Positions 57,630-64,000 of a DNA stretch of 64,000 bases are shown in pieces. Both the position numbers and the translations under genes were made by a program. Origin of the DNA: an uncultured Acidobacteriota bacterium (lineage in GTDB: Bacteria > Acidobacteriota > Thermoanaerobaculia > UBA5066 > Gp7-AA6); NCBI GenBank assembly GCA_963784935.1, contig CAWATD010000006.1:350572-414571 (forward strand), in the 5' to 3' direction. Position 1 is the stretch's first letter, and each line of letters opens with the position of its first letter. Below the pieces are notes generated by a model. It was not told where the DNA came from, made no database searches, and worked only from the letters and a program-made list of their open reading frames with translations.

Positions 57630-58988
57630 GTGTCCGCCAGGAAGCTGCTCGCACTGACCGCGGTGGTCGCCGTCCTTTTCGGGTTCATCTTTCTCTTCGA
57701 GCGTCGTTTGCCGACGACCGAAGAGCGGTCGCGCAAAGGCGACCTCTACTGGGACATTCCACAGGACCAGGTCGAGCGGATCGAGCTCGCCCGTTCGGGC
57801 GAGACCCTGGAGTTCCAGCGGGCCGGCGAGGCCGGTTGGAAGATGATCAAGCCCGAAAAATACCCGGCCGACCCGTTTGCCGTCGGGAGCGTGTTGTCCG
57901 GGCTTGCCGAGTTCAAGCGCGCGGGCGGCGAGGACGCGGGCGATGCGCGGCCGGCTGACTACGGGCTCGACAAACCCGCGGCGAAGGCCACGATCGTCTG
58001 GAGCGACCCGGCGGACCCGAAGTCGCGCAAGACGCGGACGATCGAGTTCGGCGCCCCGGTTCCCGGCACCGATGTCGTCGCCGCGCGTGTGGAAGGGACG
58101 CAAAAGGTCCTTTTCGTGCCGGCGGCCGTGCTCGCGTCCCTGAGGAAGAGCGCGGACGACTTCGAGAGCCGGGAGCTCTTCGGCGGGGCCCCGGCGGACA
58201 TGACGCGGCTGGAGATCCTGCGGGGGCGGGGCCGGCTCGTCTTCGCACGCAAGCAGGGAGTCTGGTGGCTGGTCGAGCCGATGTCGGACCTCGCCGATGC
58301 GGCGGAGGTCGACCGGCTGGAGGCGTCCCTGCTGGGGCTCCGGGCCAGGGATTTCATCCACGGTGGCCAGGATCTGGCGGCGTTCGGCTTGAGCCCGGCG
58401 CTCTTCCGCGTCTCGATCACGGGCGCAAAGGGCTTAGTCAGCGCGGTCGACTTCGGCGCGACGCGTTCGGACGGCAACACGATTTACGCGCGGCGCGATG
58501 GGCAGGTCCTCACCGTCGAACGCGACATCTCGGAAGAGCTGTCGAAGGAAGCCGAGGCGTTCCGGGGCCGCGCGCTGCTCGGCTTCCACAGGGGAGAAGC
58601 CGCGGGGATCGATGCGGCGTTCGGGAAAACGCGCATCCTCCTCGACTTCAACGGCGGCGGATGGAACTCCGGGGGCCGTCCTGTGCTGGCGGCGGCGGCC
58701 GACGATGCGCTCGGGGCTCTGCTCGACCTGAAGTGCAGGGAGTTTGTCGACGAGTCCGCGATGAAAGCGCTCGATCCGGCGGCCGCGACCGTGACGGTCC
58801 GGATGAAGACCGGGGACCCGTGGACCCTGAACCTGCACCCCGGAGCGAACGGGATGATCGCGCGGGTTTCGGCGCGGCCCGGAGGATTCCTCCTGGATCG
58901 GGACGCCGCGGAGAAGCTCGAGGCGGCGCTCCGGAAAGCCGTCGCGGAGGCGACGCCCGCGAAGAAATCGGAAGACGGTAGACGGTAG
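57630..58988 (+). CDS. DUF4340-like protein (usual partner of GldG-type ABC modules)
   Basis: 452 aa, GTG start. N-terminal TM helix. Repeated beta-rich modules (...IELARSGETLEFQRAGEAGWKMIKP...). Confidence 0.7.
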   Translation: MSARKLLALTAVVAVLFGFIFLFERRLPTTEERSRKGDLYWDIPQDQVERIELARSGETLEFQRAGEAGWKMIKPEKYPADPFAVGSVLSGLAEFKRAGGEDAGDARPADYGLDKPAAKATIVWSDPADPKSRKTRTIEFGAPVPGTDVVAARVEGTQKVLFVPAAVLASLRKSADDFESRELFGGAPADMTRLEILRGRGRLVFARKQGVWWLVEPMSDLADAAEVDRLEASLLGLRARDFIHGGQDLAAFGLSPALFRVSITGAKGLVSAVDFGATRSDGNTIYARRDGQVLTVERDISEELSKEAEAFRGRALLGFHRGEAAGIDAAFGKTRILLDFNGGGWNSGGRPVLAAAADDALGALLDLKCREFVDESAMKALDPAAATVTVRMKTGDPWTLNLHPGANGMIARVSARPGGFLLDRDAAEKLEAALRKAVAEATPAKKSEDGRR

Positions 58989-58990
58989 AC

Positions 58991-59010
58991 GGGGCCAGGG
59001 CCCTCGCCCC
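58991..59010. terminator. GC hairpin between convergent genes (possible bidirectional terminator)
   Basis: GGGGCCAG-GGCC-CTCGCCCC, imperfect, with no proper T-tract on either side. The function is inferred from position only. Confidence 0.3.
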
Positions 59011-59037
59011 TGCCGTTTCGCCCCTGCCGACTGCCCC

Positions 59038-60477
59038 CTACCGTCTCCCCGTCAGGTGCGGCGCTTTCTTCGAAGCCTCGGCCTCGAGATCGGAAATGCG
59101 CTTCTGGCGCTTGGCTTCCTTGTCGTCGGCGGCCCTGGTCTGTTTCTCCTTGGCCTTCGAGAAGGTCGTCGAGAGGGAGAAGAGCAAGCCATGACCCTTC
59201 GGGGGCTTGGCGCGGCGCGCCGTGGCGCCCCAGAATTTCGTCTTCTTGAAGACGGCCTCGGTGAAGTCCGAGTTGGCGAGATCGGCGCCCTTCAACTCGG
59301 CACCGGTGAAGTCGGCCCCGATCGCGCGCGCGAAGCGCAGGTCCGCGTCCTGGAGGCTCGCGCCCTGGAAATTGGCGCCGATGAGCAGCGACCCCGAGAG
59401 GTCGGCGTCGAATCCGCGGCAGCCGGAAAAGTCGGCCCGCTTCAGGTTCGCGAGCCGGAAGCTTCCGAGGGACAGGTCCGCGCGGGAGAAGTTGACGCCC
59501 TCCGCCTGCGCCTCGGTCAGGTCCGCGCCCGAGAAGGACGCGCCCACGAAGCTGTACGGCTTGAGGTTTGCCCGCCGGAGCACGACCCTGGAAAGATCCG
59601 CTCCCTGGAAGTTGGCCTTCTCGAATCGGGCCGAGCGCAGGTCCACCTCGGTCAGTTTCGCCTCGGCGAAGCTGACGTCGGTGCCCCCGGCGTCGAGGAA
59701 GGCCGCGCGGCGCAGGTCGGCCTTCCGAAGCCGGGCCCGGTCGAAGGTGGCCGCCGTGAAGTTGGCCTCCACCGCCGACGCGAGCTCCAGGTCCGTGTCG
59801 GTGAACTCCGCCGCCTCGCAGTCGGCGGCGTTGATCGAAGCCTGCCGGAGATTGGCGCCCGTGAATTTTGCGCCCCGGAGGTCCGCTCCGGTCAGGTCGC
59901 AGCCCTTCAGGTTGGCGCCCGCGAAATTCGCTTTCGGGAAGGAGCCCTGCGTGGCCACGACCCCTTCGAAGACCGCCCGCGAGAGGTCGGCGCCGTCGAA
60001 GTGCGCGTTGGCGAGCTTGATGCCCCGGAAGTTGACGTCCTTGAGCACCGCGCCCGCGAGGTTGGCGCCCGACAGGTCGGCGCCTTCGAGGCGGGTGAAG
60101 GACAGGTCGGCTCCGGCGAAGTCCGTTCCCGCCAGCACGCAACTCTGGAGCGAGGCGGAACGAAAGCGGCCCCCGGCGAAGAAGGCCTTCGTGAAATCCA
60201 GGAAATCGAGGTCGCAGTGCTCGAAAATCGCGCCCGGACCCGAGACGCCCTCCCACTTCGTGTGGCGCAGCGTCGCACGCGTGAAATCCGTTCCCGCGAT
60301 GGTGGCGCGGGACAGGTCCGCGCGGGTCAGGTCCGCCCGCTTGAGGTCCTTGCCGGACAGGTCCATTCCCGCGAGGTCGGCGCCGGTCAGGTCCGGCGTC
60401 ACGTTCGAGTTCCTGACGCGCCACTCGTTCCATCCGGGCGTGCCGAGAAGCTTCCAGTGCTCAGGATTTGCCATCAT
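59038..60477 (-). CDS. pentapeptide-repeat protein
   Basis: Start MMANPEHW (60477) inside the 624-aa track ORF. About 400 aa of A(D/N)LxG-type pentapeptide repeats, then a Lys/Arg-rich tail. Confidence 0.9.
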   Translation of the reverse strand: MMANPEHWKLLGTPGWNEWRVRNSNVTPDLTGADLAGMDLSGKDLKRADLTRADLSRATIAGTDFTRATLRHTKWEGVSGPGAIFEHCDLDFLDFTKAFFAGGRFRSASLQSCVLAGTDFAGADLSFTRLEGADLSGANLAGAVLKDVNFRGIKLANAHFDGADLSRAVFEGVVATQGSFPKANFAGANLKGCDLTGADLRGAKFTGANLRQASINAADCEAAEFTDTDLELASAVEANFTAATFDRARLRKADLRRAAFLDAGGTDVSFAEAKLTEVDLRSARFEKANFQGADLSRVVLRRANLKPYSFVGASFSGADLTEAQAEGVNFSRADLSLGSFRLANLKRADFSGCRGFDADLSGSLLIGANFQGASLQDADLRFARAIGADFTGAELKGADLANSDFTEAVFKKTKFWGATARRAKPPKGHGLLFSLSTTFSKAKEKQTRAADDKEAKRQKRISDLEAEASKKAPHLTGRR

Positions 60478-60482
60478 CGGGC

Positions 60483-60518
60483 ATTGTAACCGCCCGGCCG
60501 GCCGGGGCGCGTTACAAT
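60483..60518. promoter_or_regulatory. 36-nt near-perfect palindrome filling the divergent intergenic spacer
   Basis: ATTGTAAC-CGCCCGG-CCGG-CCGGGGCGC-GTTACAAT. The 8-bp outer arms are perfect and the inner GC part pairs with two 1-nt bulges. Each arm reads TACAAT (-10-like) 5-7 nt before the start codon it faces. Confidence 0.4.
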
Positions 60519-60525
60519 CACTCCG

Positions 60526-62028
60526 ATGAGCGCTGCCGTCACTGCCGTCACGACTCCCGTCGCCGTCCCGAACCGGGCGATGGAGCGGATCCGCAAGGCG
60601 CTCCTCGGCGGCCACCCCCTGATCTACGTGATGACCTGGGAGGAAACGCGGGTCGAGCGCCTGGCGCAGCACCTGGCGAAGACGTTCTACGGCGCACCCT
60701 GTCCATATGGCGTCTGGTCGGTGGTCGACGGGCTGGTGGTCGACGGCACGCCGGTCCCCGACACGCAGGACCCGCTGCGCGCGCTCGAGGCGATTCTGGC
60801 CGCGTCCGGCAAGGGCTTCTACCTGCTCAAGGACTTTCCGGCCTCGGGCCGCCCGGAGATCGTGCGGCGCCTGCGCGACCTCTACCGCGCACTCAAGGAT
60901 CGGGGCCGGCACGTGCTGATCGTCTCTCCGCGCCTGGCGATCCCGGAAGACGCCAAGAAGGAGATCTACGTCGTCGAGTACGAGCTACCCGACGACAACG
61001 AGATCGCGAAGATCCTGGACGGGCACCTGCGACGGCGCCTCTCGATCGCGATCGACGAGCCGCAGATGCGCCGATTGTCGCTGGCGATGCGCGGCCTGAC
61101 GGCGGACGAGATCGGACACGTCGCCTCCAAGGTGTTCGCCGCCCGGAAGACCTTCGACGAGGCGGGGTTCCTCGAGATCCTCGGCGAGAAGGAGCAGATG
61201 TCCCGCAAGGAGGGGGTGCTCGAGTTCGTGCCCCCGCGCTTCTCGCTCGACGACATCGGCGGCTACGCGGTCCTGAAGGCGTGGCTGCAGAAGCGCCAGG
61301 CCCTTTTCTCGAAGGACGCGCTCGACGCGGGCATCCCGATCCCGAAGGGGATTCTCCTGATGGGAATTTCCGGCTGCGGCAAAAGCCTGTGCGTCAAGAC
61401 CATCTCGACCCTGTGGAACCTGCCCCTCTTCCGGTTGGACATGAATGCCGTCTTCGGGACCGACAACCCCGAAATGACCTTTCTCCGGGCGCTGCGTGCG
61501 GTGGAGTCCGTCTCTCCCGCGGTCCTCTGGATCGACGAGATCGAGATGGGCGTCGGCGGCTACCGGGAGGGCGGCGACGCCTCGATGTCGCGCATCTTTT
61601 CGGGCTTCCTGACCTGGATGCAGGAGAAGAGCGCGCTCGTCTTCGTCGCGGCGACGGCCAACCGGATCCATCTGCTCCCGGCCGAGATCATCCGCAAGGG
61701 CCGGTTCGACCAGGTTTTCTTCGTGGACCTGCCGAACGAGGAGGAGCGCAAGCAGATCTTTGCGATCCACCTGGCGAAGAATCGGTGCGACGTGGCGCGC
61801 TTCGACCTCGTCTTCCTCGCCAAGGCCACCAGCGGCTGGAACGGCGCCGAGATCGAACAGGCCGTCATCTCCGCGGTCGTAGACGCCTATGCGGAGAGCA
61901 GGGCGATCACCGAGGACGACCTCTACCGGATGATCGCGGCCACCGTTCCGCTCGCGGTCACGATGGAAGAGCAGATCAAGGCGATCCGCAGCTGGGCGCA
62001 CGAGCGCGCCCTGAACGCCTCGCTGTAG
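60526..62028 (+). CDS. AAA+ ATPase, Ycf46-like architecture
   Basis: 500 aa. The N-terminal half resembles Ycf46 (HPLIYVMTWEE..., FYLLKDF). C-terminal AAA module has Walker A GISGCGKS, Walker B VLWIDEIE, and GRFDQVFFVDLP. Confidence 0.85.
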   Translation: MSAAVTAVTTPVAVPNRAMERIRKALLGGHPLIYVMTWEETRVERLAQHLAKTFYGAPCPYGVWSVVDGLVVDGTPVPDTQDPLRALEAILAASGKGFYLLKDFPASGRPEIVRRLRDLYRALKDRGRHVLIVSPRLAIPEDAKKEIYVVEYELPDDNEIAKILDGHLRRRLSIAIDEPQMRRLSLAMRGLTADEIGHVASKVFAARKTFDEAGFLEILGEKEQMSRKEGVLEFVPPRFSLDDIGGYAVLKAWLQKRQALFSKDALDAGIPIPKGILLMGISGCGKSLCVKTISTLWNLPLFRLDMNAVFGTDNPEMTFLRALRAVESVSPAVLWIDEIEMGVGGYREGGDASMSRIFSGFLTWMQEKSALVFVAATANRIHLLPAEIIRKGRFDQVFFVDLPNEEERKQIFAIHLAKNRCDVARFDLVFLAKATSGWNGAEIEQAVISAVVDAYAESRAITEDDLYRMIAATVPLAVTMEEQIKAIRSWAHERALNASL

Positions 62029-62108
62029 GGGCACCGCTGCCGCGGTGCGAGTTCGGGACCCCTCGCTTTGCTCGGGATGACCATCGGATTGCCTCCGCGC
62101 TCCAATGG

Positions 62109-62750
62109 TCAGTTGTTCCTCGGATCGAGATCCCTTGGCCGGAACGGCGCGAGGAACACGAGGCGGTCCTTCCATTCGCGCATCCGGCCCCGGAGGGTCT
62201 CGAAGCGGGAGGCGAGCGAGTCGGTCTCGAGCAACGCCTGGAGCTCGGGCGGGGCATAGCGCAGGCGCAGCGCCATCTCCGAGGCGAGCCGTTCCGGGGA
62301 GATCTGTTCGCCCGGCAGCGGAGGCAGGTCGAGCGCACGGGCAACCTCGCCGTAGAGAGCGGTCGCGGAGGCAACGATGCGCTCGCCCTCGCCGGCCTCC
62401 GGAAACGGCACGGTCTGGATCTCTTCGACGCTCGCCACGCGATACGGATCGGGCGCCCGCTCCTCCAGCACCCGGAATCGGAACCGCGCTTCGAGAAGGA
62501 TGTTGTAGCGCCCGTCGGCAAGCGCCTCGGATTCGACGATCTCTCCGGCCGTCCCGATGCGGTGGATCGCCGGGGCCTCGCCGCCCTCCTCGGCGCCGGG
62601 CTTCAGCATCGCCATACCGATCGTGCGGTCGGCCTCGAGCGCGTCGGCCACCATGGCCCGGTATCGGGGCTCGAAGATGTGGAGGGGCAGGAGGGTCCCC
62701 GGGAGCAGGACGACTTCCGGCAGCGGGAAGAGGGGGATGCGGCGACTCAT
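62109..62750 (-). CDS. LON substrate-binding (Lon N-terminal) domain protein
   Basis: Start MSRRIPLFPLPEVVLLPGTLLPLHIFEPRY (62750); 213 aa. No ATPase or protease part. Confidence 0.85.
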   Translation of the reverse strand: MSRRIPLFPLPEVVLLPGTLLPLHIFEPRYRAMVADALEADRTIGMAMLKPGAEEGGEAPAIHRIGTAGEIVESEALADGRYNILLEARFRFRVLEERAPDPYRVASVEEIQTVPFPEAGEGERIVASATALYGEVARALDLPPLPGEQISPERLASEMALRLRYAPPELQALLETDSLASRFETLRGRMREWKDRLVFLAPFRPRDLDPRNN

Positions 62751-63136
62751 CGGTCCGGAACCCCGCCCGCCGCGGCGCTTTTCGCGGCCGCGCGGGAGAG
62801 GGCCCCCACGTAGGCCACGACCTGGCGAATTTCCTCGTCGGTCAGTTTCCCCTGGAACTTCGGCATCGGATCGCGGCCCTCGCGCACCTGCGTCTCGATG
62901 GCCGCGGCACTGCCGTCCGAGCGCCACACGCCGTCGACCAGGCTGGCATACGGCAGGTGGCCGGCCAGGATCGTCTTTCCGTCGCCGTTCGTGTTGTGGC
63001 AGGACGCGCACTTGCGCTCGAAGATGCGCCGGCCCGCCGCAGCGTCGCGGTCCGCGCTGGCGACCTCGGGCAGGGCCGGGCGGCGGCAGGCCGCGAGGCC
63101 GGCCAGGAGGATCGCGAGCACGGGGCGCCGGAGCAC
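62747..63136 (-). CDS. class I c-type cytochrome lipoprotein
   Basis: 129 aa. Lipobox LAAC, CASCH haem motif, distal Met in DPMPKF. ATGA overlap with the downstream Lon-N gene. Confidence 0.8.
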   Translation of the reverse strand: MLRRPVLAILLAGLAACRRPALPEVASADRDAAAGRRIFERKCASCHNTNGDGKTILAGHLPYASLVDGVWRSDGSAAAIETQVREGRDPMPKFQGKLTDEEIRQVVAYVGALSRAAAKSAAAGGVPDR

Positions 63137-63231
63137 GCGGGGCAGTCTAAACCAGCGGTCCCGCGGCGGCCCGATCTTGATTCGTCTCTCATTTGTTGGC
63201 CGCGGGGCGGCGTGCTAAGGTTCCCGCCCTC

Positions 63232-63465
63232 ATGGCCGACCGCAAGGACAAGGTGCCCGAGAGCGTGCCCGGCAAGTACTACGTCGACAGCCAGTGCATC
63301 GACTGCGACGTCTGCCGCGTCACCGCGCCCCGGAACTTCCAGCGCAACGAGGACAAGGGGTATTCCTACCTCTCCAGCCAGCCCTCGGGGCCCGAGGAGG
63401 ACGCGCAGTGCCAGGAGGCGATGGACTCGTGCCCCGTGGAGGCGATCGGAAGGGACGGCGAGTAG
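63232..63465 (+). CDS. small ferredoxin
   Basis: 77 aa from MADRKDKVPES. Contains CIDCDVC...C(P). Confidence 0.8.
   Translation: MADRKDKVPESVPGKYYVDSQCIDCDVCRVTAPRNFQRNEDKGYSYLSSQPSGPEEDAQCQEAMDSCPVEAIGRDGE

Positions 63466-64000
<535 letters not shown>

Noticed and set aside
59200-60400. 15-nt periodicity that could look like a tandem DNA repeat or a CRISPR-like array
   Set aside because: The periodicity arises at the protein level from pentapeptide repeats (A[D/N]LxG). The DNA units are not identical and no spacer/repeat architecture exists.
62031-62048. GCACCGC-TGCC-GCGGTGC hairpin just after the AAA ATPase stop
   Set aside because: It is a clean 7-bp stem but is followed by GAGTTCGGG, not a U-tract. 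It may be an RNA-stabilising hairpin. The evidence is insufficient to list it as a terminator.

Overview
High-GC (roughly 70% by eye, not computed) bacterial chromosomal segment, densely coding on both strands. I call about 60 protein genes. I saw no rRNA, tRNA, CRISPR array, transposase or phage gene. The backbone is housekeeping: suhB-like IMPase, mtgA, rsmA, RNase J, uppP, ftsK, fmt, rsmB, groES/groEL behind a perfect CIRCE operator, a class A PBP and uvrA. Interleaved are two envelope-glycan clusters. One is an amino-sugar/polyprenyl-phosphate cassette (26.2-29.9 kb) next to a lower-GC polytopic membrane protein. The other is a translationally coupled GT2/GT4/sugar-transferase operon (35.1-41.7 kb) facing an O-antigen-ligase-like gene. 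Also present are two diguanylate cyclases, two ABC export modules, a pentapeptide-repeat / Ycf46-like AAA ATPase divergent pair, and several small redox proteins. Two things are not explained by ordinary annotation. (1) A ~123-nt non-coding element occurs three times (14.24, 45.89, 57.49 kb). It has a 17-bp terminal stem, and its CTAG/CTCG direct-repeat flanks coincide with TAG stop codons of the abutting genes, which suggests a stop-codon-targeting MITE and/or a structured 3'-UTR RNA. (2) A 2-kb patch (24.29-26.25 kb) carries at least 8 frame disruptions in three adjacent genes. They include two compensating frameshifts in rsmB that are hidden inside an ORF that stays open. All start codons and boundaries were chosen by hand from the sequence and the ORF track. 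No database search or folding program was run. Family names come from motifs I recognise in the translations.
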